Shown: piece after piece, positions 23,448-38,287 of the stretch | Layout: the number at the start of each line of letters is the position of its first letter | Position numbering within the stretch: position 1 is the stretch's first letter | Assembly (NCBI GenBank): GCA_943704425.1 | Contig: CALSCP010002418.1 | Span: 39,541 to 103,540, forward strand | DNA length: 64,000 nucleotides | Source of the DNA: Ministeria vibrans ATCC 50519 | Lineage: Eukaryota; Protista; Filasterea | Reading direction: 5' to 3' | Program-made: the position numbers and the translations under genes | The notes under the pieces: generated by a model | What the model was told of the DNA's origin: nothing | Database searches by the model: none | Seen by the model: only the letters and a program-made list of their open reading frames with translations

Positions 23448-25465
23448 ATGCGCACAGTCTGTCTCGTGCTCGCTATTGCAGCTGCTGTCTGCACCGCGTC
23501 GCTCTCGCTTGAGGGATCCCGCTACAAGCTCAACGAGGCCAACGGCGATCTTTGCGACAACACTGTCCAGCAGTGGAGCGGCTACCTCGACGTCAACGAC
23601 AAGTAGCGAACTACCCCTCCCACCGTGTCTCTTGCTGCCCTGCATCCTCCCCAACCGTGCTTCCCCTCTGCCTTTTTTCTTTTTTTCTTTTTTCTTCCTT
23701 CGCGATGACACTCACACATCTCGTGACAAATCTCACTGCGTCCTTTCCCACTCCGTTGTCCACTGCACCGCCTTCTATGTTGCAAATGATGATCCTCCGC
23801 ACCAAGCGCATCCGTCTTCCCTCCCTCTTTCCCCCTGTACTGACCCGCCGTCGTTTTTTGACAGATCGAAAATGTACTTTTACTGGGCCTTTTCGTCGCG
23901 CAACGACCCCGCCAACGACCCTGTGGTGCTGTGGATGACTGGCGGACCTGGCTGCTCGTCGATGCTGGCGCTTCTGACGGAGAACGGCCCTTGCTCGGTC
24001 AACAAGGAGGTGCAGACGCAGAACAACATCTACTCGTGGACGGCCAACGCGACCGTCATCTGGATCGACCAGCCCGCCGGCACTGGATTCTCCTACGGCT
24101 CCTTCCCCGACGACTACGACCACGACGAGACCGGCGTGGCTCGCGACATGTTTGCTTTCCTCCAGCTCTGGTTCAAGAACCACGAAAACCTCCTGGACAA
24201 CGAGTTCTACGTCTTCGGCGAGTCTTACGGGTATGCTTGTGCTGCATACACATATATATCATATATAATATATATGTGTGTGGTATATTGTACCATCCAT
24301 TTTTATATAGCGGCCACTACGTTCCTGCCACGTCTGCGCGTGTCTTTGAGGGCCAACAGAAGGGCGAGACCAAGATCAATTTCAAGGGACTGGGCATTGG
24401 AAACGGACTGACTGACCCCGAGGTAACAGACAATCATAGAGAGACAAGTGATGAGAGAGAGAGGAGGAGGGAGAAGAAACAAAGTGATAGAGAGAGAGAA
24501 AGAAACAAAGTGATAGAGAGAAACAAGTGATAGAGAGAACACAATCTAAATTTCAGTGGGTTACAGATCCAGTACACAATGTACCCCGAGATGGCGTACA
24601 ACAACACCTACGGACCAATTGTGACGGAGGCGGTCTACGAGCAGATGGTCCAAGCAGTGCCCGCGTGCATTGAGAAGATCAAGGCGTGCCAGGCGGACAC
24701 TGACGACTGTGCCAGTGCTCAGCGCTCCTGCAACAATAAGCTGCTGTCGCCGGCCCTTGCGGGGGGCGTCAACCAGTACGACGTGCGCATCAAGTGCGCC
24801 GTTCCTCCGCTCTGCTATGACTTTAGCGCCGTCACCAAGTTCTACGCCGAGGACTCGGTCAAGACTGCTCTTGGCGTGCCCACCTCCCGCTCGTGGGTGC
24901 AATGCTCCAACATTGTCAACGGTGCGACGCATGCCACCGTGAATGACTCTCTGACTCTTTTATCTCTTTCAGTGATGTTCTCCAAGGACTGGATGAAGAA
25001 CTACCAGCAGTTGCTGCCGCCTATGCTTGAGGCCGGCAAGAAGGTCCTTATCTACGCGGGCGACGCCGACTTTGTCTGCAACTACATGGGCAACAAGAAG
25101 TGGACACTGGCACTCCCGTGGACCGGCAAGGACGCTTTCAATGCCGCCGAAGACAGTACGTGTGTGTCTGTGTGTCTGTGTGTCTGTGTGTCTGTGTGTC
25201 TTATGTGGTGTGTGTGTCTTATGTGGTGTGTGTGCTTATGTGGTGTGTGTGTGTCCGCCCCTTTTTGCCTCTTTCTTATCACGATCATGCTTCTCTCTCT
25301 ATCTCTCTAGTGCCTTGGTCCGTTGACGGTGATCAGAAGGGTCTCCTCCGCAGCGCCAACAACTTCCACTTTCTCCAGGTGTTCAAGGCAGGCCACATGG
25401 TGCCCATGGACCAGCCCCGTGCCTCGCAGGACATGCTCAACCGCTTTGTCCAGAACAAACTCTAA
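23448..25465 (+). CDS. Serine carboxypeptidase (S10), multi-exon
   Basis: Signal peptide, WSGYLD, LWMTGGPGCSS, IDQPAGTGFS, GESYG|GHY, GIGNGLTDP, YAGDADFVCN and AGHMVPMDQP. Confidence 0.95.
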
Positions 25466-25647
25466 AATTATTAAAAGAAGCAAAAGTTTGAGAGTTTTAT
25501 TGCACCCAAGTGGGAGTGGACAACTAACAACCCTCAAATACGCACACCTTTGGTGTGCTGGTGTGTCAGAGATCAAGACTTTTTTGCATTGCAGTTCACT
25601 GCTCATATACTCATATTCAGAAAAATAACTATTATTCATATCTTAGG

Positions 25648-25966
25648 ATGGAGTCCCAAGCACCGGCCTGGATGAAATTTGTGTCGGGCGGTGTGGCCGG
25701 CATGGGAGCAACGATGGTCGTGCAGCCCTTGGATCTGTTGAAGAACCGAATGCAGGTAAAGCATGAAAGAGAGGAAAACCTTATTCGTCATCCTGACTGT
25801 GTGCTCTGCTGTCGCGCCTCTCCCTCCCTCCCCCAGATGTCCGGCAAAGGCGGCACTGCGCGTGTGCACAAAACCAGCTTCCATGCATTCATGAGCGTGG
25901 TCAAGAACGAAGGGATTGCCGGTGTCTACACTGGGTACGACGCAAGCAGAATTCGCATTTGCCTCC

Positions 25967-26000
<34 letters not shown>

Positions 26001-27274
26001 TACGCTCTCTTTCCCACCGCTCTCGCCCCTCCCCCGCCCTTTCAGGCTATCGGCTGGGCTGTTCCGCCAAGCAACATACACCATGAGCCGGCTGGGCATC
26101 TACAACGTCCTCTTCTCCAACTACGTCGAACTGCACGACGGCGCTCAGCCGCCCTTCTACCTCAAGGCTGCGATGGCCATGACAGCCGGCGCCTGCGGAG
26201 CCGTCATTGGCACGCCTGCGGAAGTCGCGCTCGTGCGCATGACAAGCGATGGCCAAAAGCCACCCGAAATGGTACCACAACATACACACACTTGCCAACT
26301 CCGATACATCCTTACCAATTATTATTGTATTTATTATGAACACAGAGGCACAACTACAAAAGCGTCTTCAACGCCCTGTCGCGTATTGTCCGAGAAGAGG
26401 GCATCCTGACGCTGTGGCGCGGCACCACTCCAACAGTGGCGCGTGCTGTCGTTCTCAATGCAGCCCAACTGTCATCCTACTCACAGGCCAAAGAAACCCT
26501 CAAACTCTACACCTCGCTCCAGGACGGCATCCCCCTTCACTTTGTCGCCTCAATGTGTTCAGGTACTTTTATATGACGAAAAAGGCGAAGAGTGGCAATG
26601 CGAGCCAATAAAATGTCATGGGTTCAATTAGGATTGCTGTCGACGGTCGTGTCCATGCCCATCGACATCTGCAAAACACGTCTGCAGAACATGCAGGGGA
26701 ACGAGTACCGTGGCTTTGCCGACGTCTTTGTCAAGGCAGTGCGTCAGGAAGGCGTATTCTCCCTCTGGAAAGGGTTTAGTCCCTACTACGCCCGATTGGG
26801 TACTCATATTGTCATCCGCTTTGTTCTCCGTGTCTTATCATTGTGCGTGTGTCTCTGCAGTGACTTTAGTCCCCTATTTGTGCCTAACCTTATCCTATTT
26901 ATTTATTATTATGTGTCTGTGTGTGTGTGTGTGATTCATGGTACGCCCCGGTTGGAATATCAATATTATTATTATTTTTATGATTCCCAATTAGTTATTA
27001 CAATTATTGATTTGTATTCTTATTATTTCTCTGTGTGTATCTGTGATCATCATTGCTATTCACTGATTTTCTGCCTTTTTGTTTTCTACGTAGGTCCGCA
27101 CACTGGTAATAAAAATATCAAAAACAACAACAATAATAATAATAATAATTAATTATTGTTAATAGTTATTATTAATACTGACGTTCTTTTTGTGTTTTTT
27201 TTGGCGTTTCTTCTCTTTTAGTGATTACGTTTATTCTTCTTGAGCAAATTAGTAAATATCTCCCAGTCAAATGA
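25648..27274 (+). CDS. SLC25A11: Mitochondrial 2-oxoglutarate/malate carrier, multi-exon including a 12-nt micro-exon
   Basis: QPLDLLKNRMQ, LSAGLFRQATY, GTPAEVALVRMTSDG, SMPIDICKTRLQNM and LWKGFSPYYARLG|PHT|VITFILLEQ. Confidence 0.92.
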
Positions 27275-27458
27275 ATCACAAATAACAGTACACAATAATG
27301 AATTCATTTATTATCGTAAATTACATACAAAAAAATGAGACACAACAGTGAGAGCGACTAATTTTGTTCTTTCACAAGCGAATCATACATAAATGAACAA
27401 ACACGCTCTCTCTGTCTCTATCACTTTGTCTCCATCCCCTTCTTCACAGGTTTCCCGC

Positions 27459-28718
27459 TCAATTCTCTCTCTCTTTCAAGTGACTCACAGAGTGGTACCC
27501 TTTGAGGCTCCACCCAATCCATCCGTCGGAGAAGAGCGACACATTGGTAAGACCCATCACGAGCGCATAAAAGAAGACCTCGCTGGCACGCCAACCACTA
27601 CCGCACATAAAAGCAAGGTGCTGGTGGTGCACGGCAAGCCCGCTGGCACACCACATCATTCTAATATCGTCGCAGCTGCGCATTGTTCGGTCTGCAACAT
27701 TTCTGTACGCAGTCATAATATCACTTTCACGGTGTCCACTCTGCGCGTACACTGCTCCTTGGATGCGCCCTTTAAAGAAAGGAAAGGTATCGTAGCCGGA
27801 GGTGTCGCCGCGGTACTCAGACCACGTGCGAATATCAACAAGCGCAAAGTCAGGGGAGCCCAGTCGCATCCGCATTTTCTCCATCGATAACAAACACGAC
27901 GAGGACGCGTCCCAGTGGTCCTCTTCCACAACAATGGGCGTGGTTACTTTGGGCACCCGGCATCGTCGTGCATTCACATCCGCTTCGTCGTCGCGTCCCA
28001 TGGCCACGGGGAACCCAGCTACGCGCCAGGCATGCAGACCACCATTGACAACACGCACGTCACGCACGCCAAGATGACGCAGAATGGTAGCCAGGCGAAA
28101 GCTCGAGATGGGATCCTCCGACGCGACCACCACCACATCTTCCTGGTAGAATCCATGTCGCGCCGCAAAGCCCGTCAGCTGCTCCGCCTCACCTAACATC
28201 CAATCGTGACGCCGCTCAAACTCGTCCGTGTCAATGTGAAAGAATCCTGGGATGTGTCCGAGATCGTACGACGCCGAGGCTGGTCCCCAGCTCGCCTCGA
28301 CAAACTTGATGGACGAAGCAGTCGTGTGCTCAAAACTGTAGGGCTGCTGGCCTCGTAGCAGCTCAGCCAGCACCGTGACGGGCACCAACAGCTCAAAATG
28401 AGCCCATTTTTCGAGGCGCTGTTCCGCCGGATCGACAACGCTCGTGCGCACGTCCGTGAATCCATGGCATCCTAGAAACGCTGCGACAACATCTCGCTCA
28501 CCGGCGCCCGCATCGTAGACCTCAATGGGCGTGGCTGGCGTGATTCCGCGTGCGGCCAAATCTGCCACCAAATAGTGCGCGCCGGTCGTTCCAATCCAGG
28601 ACGCCGATAAATTAACGGCTCCCGCAACATGCCCGCCCGGAGCACAATCTAACGGCCAGCCGTTGAAGGCGTCAGGCGAGCGCGAGTCAATGAATTTTCG
28701 TGGCAGCGTAAAAATCAT
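27459..28718 (-). CDS. Three-domain rhodanese/thiosulfate sulfurtransferase, YnjE-like, intronless
   Basis: IDSR...FNGWP...GH..GAVNLSASW, GHIPG, VRDVRVVNGG..AW, LVDIRTWSEY.G.TSGY and active-site loop FMCGSGWRASE (E. coli YnjE has CGTGWRASE). Confidence 0.85.
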   Translation of the reverse strand: MIFTLPRKFIDSRSPDAFNGWPLDCAPGGHVAGAVNLSASWIGTTGAHYLVADLAARGITPATPIEVYDAGAGERDVVAAFLGCHGFTDVRTSVVDPAEQRLEKWAHFELLVPVTVLAELLRGQQPYSFEHTTASSIKFVEASWGPASASYDLGHIPGFFHIDTDEFERRHDWMLGEAEQLTGFAARHGFYQEDVVVVASEDPISSFRLATILRHLGVRDVRVVNGGLHAWRVAGFPVAMGRDDEADVNARRCRVPKVTTPIVVEEDHWDASSSCLLSMEKMRMRLGSPDFALVDIRTWSEYRGDTSGYDTFPFFKGRIQGAVYAQSGHRESDIMTAYRNVADRTMRSCDDIRMMWCASGLAVHHQHLAFMCGSGWRASEVFFYALVMGLTNVSLFSDGWIGWSLKGYHSVSHLKEREN

Positions 28719-28845
28719 TGACTAATGAAAGTGCTCAACCCAAACGATTATCACACCCAGCAGTCAAACCCCAAAAAGTTCAAAGTTCACTCTTCAAAGT
28801 TGATAATTGATATAATTCTATAATTCTATTTATTTTTCTGCAGGC

Positions 28846-30702
28846 ATGGTGGACGACAAGTACGTGGGCCTGATCTTGGCGCTGAGCTCTTCGGCGTTCA
28901 TTGGCGCGAGCTTCATCATCAAAAAAAAAGGCTTGCAAAAATCTGCTGTTGACCACACATCGGCAGGTATGCCCACTCCCCCCGCGCCTCTTCGGCCTTT
29001 CCTCTCTGTCTGCGTCTATGTTGAGCCTGCGTGCGACGCGTCCATGTCAGTCACAGCGCAAACTCGAAACTGTCCCTTTAATTCAACTCGCTCCGCCTTG
29101 CTGGCCCTTGGGCCATGTGCAGTCCAGGGTTGTTCACACATGAGGGTGGTTGGCGTTGTGGGAGGGCCCTGAATGAAAGCGTGTGCTGTCACCAAACGGC
29201 TAATGTCGTTTTCTGTGTCTTTTGCCTCTCGGTAGGTCAGGGCGGCCATGGCTATCTCAGGGAGCCTCTGTGGTGGGCCGGATTGATTTCCAGTACGTGT
29301 GTGTGTGTGTGTGTGTGGAGATTGGATCTGCTGCATCTGCTGATTTCGCTATTTTCTCGGATTCAGTGATTCTCGGCGAAGTGGCAAACTTTGTGGCGTA
29401 TGGTTTTGCTCCGGCGATTCTGGTGACCCCGCTGGGCGCTTTGAGTGTGATCATTAGGTATGATACAGGCGTGTGCATACACGCGTGGCCAAGGGAGTCT
29501 CTTTTAATGGCCTCCTTTCGGTTTCCAGTGCGATTTTGGCGTCGATGATTCTCAAGGAATATCTTCACATTATCGGCAAGGTTGGGTGCGCCCTGTGCGT
29601 CGTAGGATCAACCATAATCGTATTACACGCTCCTGACGAGAGAGAAATCTCGAGCTTGGACGAGATTTGGTCGTGGGTCGTGACACCAGGTCAACCAAAC
29701 TGGAGATGCACTCAGTACTGACTTGGACACACTGTGTTTTGTCCACTTGTAGGCTTTCTCACGTACCTTGTGCTTGTCATTGCCGCTGTGGCAACCCTGA
29801 TGCTGTACGCAGTGCCCCGTTGGGGCCAAACGCAAGTGCTTGTTCCCGTTGCAATCTGTTCGCTCGTCGGAAGTGTCTCCGTCATGGCCGTCAAAGTACC
29901 ACGCTGTTAATTTGAATTGTTTATTTGTTTGTTTGCTGTGCACTTGCATTGACTTTTTTTTTTTGATGTGCGTATTTAGGCGCTAAGCACCGGGCTGAAG
30001 CTGACGATCAACGGGGAGTCGCAGCTGGACAAGCCGGTTTTCTGGGTGTTTGTGGTGGTGGTAGCAGTGAGCATTGGCATTCAGCTGCACTTCCTGAACA
30101 TGGCTCTGTTCCTCTTTAACACTGCCGTAGTGTCACCCATCTACTATGTCTTCTTTACCAGTGCGACAATCATTGTACGGTTTTTGAGGGAGGGTCATAG
30201 AGAGAGAGAGACACTGTGATTATGTGTGTGTGCTGACTCACTCGACTGATTCTAGGCGTCTGTTGTGCTATTTCGCGAGTGGAGTGGCCAGAGTGCCGTG
30301 TCGATTGTGTCGCAGCTGTGTGGGTTTGCTGTGATTGTTATGGGGGTGTATTTGTTGCATTCGACGCATGACCCGTCGACGGACGTGACAGGGGGGGGAG
30401 TGAAGAAAGCGTCGTCGATGACGGTGTACACACGACTCACAACAGCCGAAGAGTCTGACGGCGAAAACGATGGAGGTGTTGATGGGGATGACGAGAATGA
30501 TGATGGTGGTGGTGGTGGCACGAAGAGGATGAAGAAGAAACCGAAGCGGAAGAGCGATGCGGATGTGATTGAGATGGAGTCGTTGGAGGCGTCTGCCGAC
30601 GCCCAAGGTCGGAGTCGGAGTCGATCGCCCCCCATGGAGCTTATGCCGGGTGTCAATGACGCTGGGCCCTCACGAAGAGGTCGTGCGTCGTCAGGTCGCT
30701 GA
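28846..30702 (+). CDS. NIPA-family magnesium transporter, multi-exon
   Basis: GLILALSSSAFIGASFIIKKKGL, GYLREPLWWAG, GEVANFVAYGFAPAILVTPLGALSV and VVSPIYYVFFT. Confidence 0.93.
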
Positions 30703-30981
30703 TATACGTGTACAGTAAAGTTATTGATTAGAAATACGAACAGAAAGACATAACAAATTATAAAAATAAAATTATTTATTTAGAGCTGAACCCAATGTCA
30801 ATTGTCAAAACAAAACATAATCCAAAACAAAGAGTAGCACAATATATAATAAAAATAATAATAGTTTTACTATTATTGTTATTCTGTATTATTTTATAAT
30901 AATTAATAATAATAATAAAATTAATTATTATTTTTATTATGAAATTTACTATTATTTTATTCATTATTTTTCCTTTTGTTG

Positions 30982-32709
30982 ATGAAGTGTCTCGCCGCCT
31001 TCTTCGTTGCGTGTGTGTTTGCGTCCGGGGGTGCTTGGGCAGCGGTGCGTTCTCCGTGTGATTTGGTCAAGGCGGACATTGTACAGGCGTTTGTGGCGAG
31101 TCCTACAGAGGTGTTTTTGGCGTTTGCTCATTTGGACGGAATTCCCGCCAATTGTCAGGTCGCGCTGTCCATCGCACACATTGTCGACGCCGACGCGCTG
31201 CCCAGGTTTGCACGGATCTTGCCGGCGTACGACGGACGTGCGTCGGGCTATCTGGCAACGGGGCTGGTCGCTGGCGAAGCGTATAGTTTCCGGATCGAAA
31301 TTCTGTTGGAGGGTGGTGTTGTCAAATTCAATCCGGCTCATGGACCGCTGACGCTGCCACACTCGCTGTGCGGCAATGGCATTGTCGAAGACACGGAGGA
31401 GTGTGATCCGGGTGTGCCGCCCAGTGGTGACGCTGACTGCCTGCCGACCTGCCAGCGTGCTGGAAAGGCCGACGGTGCTTCTGAATCAATCGCCGTGCGC
31501 ATCTACCGCCAATCGTTTGAAGCGGCTGCCTTTGCCGCCGCGCCAACACCACGCTCGGCTGTGTCTACACCTATGGTAGAGCCTTGCTTTGTGGCGGCCC
31601 TGCGAGAGCGCTACAGGCATGCTGAAGCCCTGAATATCACGCGTGAGTACACACTCGTGACGGCACAGCTACGTGAGACCAATGCTCTTGTGGCGACACT
31701 GAAGCGCGACACGTCGCGCCTCACTGCCTCGTGGGAACGTGAACAGCGCCGCCGAGGAGAGTGCGAATCAAAACACTCTGAGTTGCTACAGCAGTTTACC
31801 GACCGACTGTCACTTACGCGGGACACCAAGTCGTCGCCCTCCTACCATACGACCGTGACCATACCCGTCACTTGCGAGTCGCCCGAGGCCTTGGGTGTGC
31901 CACACGCCGAACAAGTGTCGCTTCCGCCACTGCTGCAGCTTCTGCGTCCCCTCGTGGATCTGGTTCGTGCGCTTGCAGTGCCTCCCGTCACACTGAGTGT
32001 GCTGTTGTCAACGGCGCTCGCTCTCGGCGTGGCGCTGGAGCGTGGATGGAGCAGGCGACGCATACGCGCAGTGGTAGATGAAGAGCAGGAGCAAGATCAA
32101 CAAGAGCAAGAGCAGGAGCAAGATCAACAAGAGCAAGAGCAGGAGCAAGATCAACAAGGGCAGGGGCAAGAAGAAGACGATGGTGAGGAGTGGCGAGAGC
32201 GTCTGGCACAGAGCGAGCGACGAGTGCGCGAGCAAGAGCAAGTGAACAGTGCGTTGCGACGGCAATTGTTGGCACTCAAGGAGGCCAACCAGGGCACTCA
32301 GTCGCATGTGAACACGGTACCGGTGGCGGCGGAGGAAAGGCGCAGTGCAGAGGCGCTGGAGCGGTACCGGGAAGAGTGCAAGCAACTGAAAGAACAGCAG
32401 GAGCAACTAAAGGAGGTGTGTGTGCAACTGGAAGGAACGCGTGAAGAGTGTGCACGTGAGCTGCGACGACTGCAGCAGTCGGTGGGAGAGGTGGAGGCAC
32501 GTTTGGATGTGCGTCGGGAGGAGGAAGCGACGAGACTGCGGGAGATGAAGGAGGAAGAAGAAGAAGAAGGGGAGGGGGAGGAGAGGGAGGATGAGGAGCG
32601 AGAGGTGGCGCAGCGACTGACGTTTGAAAATGAGAGTGAGAGTGAGAGTGAGAGCGATGAGGAATGGTCCTTCCCGTTGACTCCCTCTCGAATGCCACAA
32701 TTGAGATAA
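30982..32709 (+). CDS. Hypothetical membrane protein: signal peptide, Cys-rich CGNG..E..EECD repeat, coiled coils, TM
   Basis: Intronless ORF with CGNGIVEDTEECDPG...C..TC, a hydrophobic segment near 31980-32040 and an E/Q-rich coiled-coil tail. Confidence 0.6.
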   Translation: MKCLAAFFVACVFASGGAWAAVRSPCDLVKADIVQAFVASPTEVFLAFAHLDGIPANCQVALSIAHIVDADALPRFARILPAYDGRASGYLATGLVAGEAYSFRIEILLEGGVVKFNPAHGPLTLPHSLCGNGIVEDTEECDPGVPPSGDADCLPTCQRAGKADGASESIAVRIYRQSFEAAAFAAAPTPRSAVSTPMVEPCFVAALRERYRHAEALNITREYTLVTAQLRETNALVATLKRDTSRLTASWEREQRRRGECESKHSELLQQFTDRLSLTRDTKSSPSYHTTVTIPVTCESPEALGVPHAEQVSLPPLLQLLRPLVDLVRALAVPPVTLSVLLSTALALGVALERGWSRRRIRAVVDEEQEQDQQEQEQEQDQQEQEQEQDQQGQGQEEDDGEEWRERLAQSERRVREQEQVNSALRRQLLALKEANQGTQSHVNTVPVAAEERRSAEALERYREECKQLKEQQEQLKEVCVQLEGTREECARELRRLQQSVGEVEARLDVRREEEATRLREMKEEEEEEGEGEEREDEEREVAQRLTFENESESESESDEEWSFPLTPSRMPQLR

Positions 32710-32979
32710 CAAAAAAAGAAGAACAAAAATGTACAGTACAGTGTGTGATATGTTTCATGATTTAAACTCCACTGTGGAATGAGTAGAATTCGACAATTTA
32801 GGAGGAGGAGGAAGAGGAACGCGTGCGCACCACTCGAGAATGCGGCTGTTTGAAGAGAAGACGGAACGAGTGCTGGTGGTCGTTGTCTGGAGCTGCACAT
32901 GGTCGGAGGGAGTGGAGGTGGCGATGGGATTAATTATCCCTGCTTTGTGAGGCTTTTCTTGAGTGAGTTGCGGTGTTCT

Positions 32980-33752
32980 TTAAATGGTGGTGGGCGAGGA
33001 ACGACGACGACGAACGAAAGCAGGGTCGCGGTGGCGTGTCTGATCGTAGGCATACTCAACGAGTCTGGTATTGGTGGGGTTTCCAGCTCCGACTCGGTTC
33101 ACTACACGGAGGACGTCCGCTGGAAGAGGACCACTTGTGGACGTGTCAATCACCGACGGAATCGCAGTAGTTGGACGCAAATGATGCAAGCGTTGTGCGT
33201 CACCCTTCAATTCGTGCTGCAACATGTCATCGCGACTTGCTCTTCTTTGGGCCAACTCGAGATCCGACTCTCTCGCAAGTCGGTTGTTCTATGAAAAGTA
33301 AAATGTAATTATTAGGGATTAAGGAGGCACATTCTGGTCGTTCTACTTAGCTCTCTTACGACAAGGGTGTTTGTGTAAACAACGCCATTGAGATAGAGCT
33401 GACGTGCATAGAAATTGTGAACTCGTGTGCGGCAATGATAGCCTCGCCAGCGCCGCTGAATCGCGGTTGCCGACGAATGGTAGAGGGAAAGACGTTGGTG
33501 CCTTCGGTCGTCGATGACAGCTTCAATGTAGCGTAGGCGTGCACGGTACGCCCGATAGGCTGTCTGTATAACGATGGCCATGCGGTGAAGAAGTAGCAGC
33601 TGTGAGCGGGCGCGGCAGCCGCGCCAGAGCGATTGAATTTTCAAGACGGCGACCTGTTGCCTGGCAACAGTAATTTCTGTTTCCTGAACGCGCTTGGCGA
33701 TGCCTTTGAACACGTCGAGGCGGGCGTTTTCTTTCAGGTTTTGATAGGACAT
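32980..33752 (-). CDS. IQ-motif protein, SPATA17-like (flagellar); 3' end uncertain
   Basis: Three IQ motifs (IQSLWRG, IQTAYRAY, IQRRWRGY), then HNFYARQ.YL and LHHLRPT.AIP.V. Confidence 0.75.
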
Positions 33753-33842
33753 CAATGGAAAAATCAAAAAAGTAATCAAGAAGAAGAAGACATAGTAATG
33801 AGAAAAATTTATTATGAAAACAGTCATTATAAATTAGTAGTA

Positions 33843-33895
<53 letters not shown>

Positions 33896-34145
33896 TTTAT
33901 ACTAATTTTTATTATCTAAAAAAGACTACTAATGCATTGCTTATGTATATAATTTATGTGTATATCTGTGACGCCTAGTTGCCAACCACCCATACTATGA
34001 TACCAGAACCCCTAGCCACAATTGGATTGAAACTTTTCCTGATGCTAATCGAAAGCAAAGTATTTTCTTTCTTCTTCTTTTCTTCTACTCCAAGCGCAAA
34101 ACGCGACAGAGAACAGTCGGTAGAAATAATAATAAATTAGGGATT

Positions 34146-36649
<2,504 letters not shown>

Positions 36650-36966
36650 CGCGCAACAATGAGTGAGATGACGTGCAGTGACTGCGAGAGTGATTAGTGA
36701 AAGGAAATCACAAAAATAAAATTAATGATTAATGAACGAGATCTCACTCAGTTCTGTTTCACATACACAGATTTATACGGTTGGTTGTCGCCACTGTCCG
36801 CTGTCGGCCCGCCCGTGTCGGGCTGTCACAGTCTCACAGAATACAGATGTCAGACTGTGTGATGAGTGAGTCAGACACTGTCTGTTCTGGGAGTGTAGAT
36901 AACAGTGTAATTGAATACTCCTCGTAATGAATGAATAATCTCTATCAAATTTTTGTCTTTCTGCTC

Positions 36967-37712
36967 ATGTCAAAGCTTAGCGAAGTAATTGCTATCCTGG
37001 ACCGCCTGTGGCCGTTGCGCCTGGCTGGGTCGTGGGACAATGTCGGCTTGCTTGTACGCCCATTTGTGGAGCGACCCATCACGAAAATACTGTTGACAAT
37101 CGATGCGACCGACGACGTTGTGGACGAGGCCTTGGAGAACGACACCAGCCTCCTCGTGGCCTACCATCCGCCGTTGTTTCGTGCGCTGAAGCGGGTGACG
37201 GGAGAGACGGCGAGCGAGCGGTGTCTGGCGCGCGCTCTCGCTTCAAACATGGCCGTCTACTCGCCGCACACCGCCATCGACTGTGCTGTGGGTGGTGCGA
37301 CTGATTTTGTTTGCGATGCTTTCAAGCACACATCAGTGAAGACCATTGAGCCGGCGGGCACCAGCGAGGATGTCGAGAGGGGCGCGGGAGTGGGTCGAAT
37401 TGCGCAGTTCGCTCCTCTCTCCCTTGACGCAGCCATTGCCGCCATCAAGAGCCATTTGGGACTGGCTCATCTGCGTGTCGCCTGCCCACGTACCCCTAAA
37501 GACATCACCAGCGTTGCTGTCGTCTGCGGCTCGGGCGGCTCCGTCTTCAGTGCCATGTCCAACAGTGCGCGCTCAAACGTCTCCCTCTTTCTCACAGGAG
37601 AACTCTCTCATCACGAAGTATACACCCACCCACCCACACACCCACCCACACACACACACACACACCCACCCACACACACACACACACACACNNNNNNNNN
37701 NNNNNNNNNNNN

Positions 37713-37802
<90 letters not shown>

Positions 37803-38208
37803 ATCACGTTTTTTCTTTCTCTCTCCCTCCTCTCTCTTTCTCTCTATTATTTCTTTCCCCCTCTTCTCTCTTTATCACTTTGTGTCTTTCTCTCGATCAC
37901 TTTGTCTTCACTTTGTGCCTTTCTATCATTCTGTGTCTTCTCCCCCTTTCTCTCTTTCTCTCTATCACTTTGTGTCTTCTCCCTCCTTTCTCTGGTACTC
38001 ACCCGCCTCTCTTCTCTATTCTTCCACTTGCCAGGTGCTTGCTCTCACCGCCGGCGGCGCCTACGTCATCCTCTGCGAACACACCAACACGGAGCGACCC
38101 TTTCTGCTCACGGCACAGTCCCAACTTACCGACGCCCTAGCCGCCTCCAATCTACCTGTCGCAGTCTCTGTGTCTACCCGCGATCGCGATCCCCTCTCCT
38201 TTATGTAG
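36967..38208 (+). CDS. NIF3L1: NIF3-like protein (NIF3L1/YbgI family), 2 exons
   Basis: PLRLAGSWDNVGLL, AYHPPLF, VYSPHTAID, TGELSHHE|VL, HTNTERPFL and DRDPL. Confidence 0.92.
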
Positions 38209-38287
38209 TACTTTGTAGAAGACCAAAATAATAGAAACAACAAAACGACAACTTTTTATTATTTCTCTTGTCCGTCGCTCGGTGACT

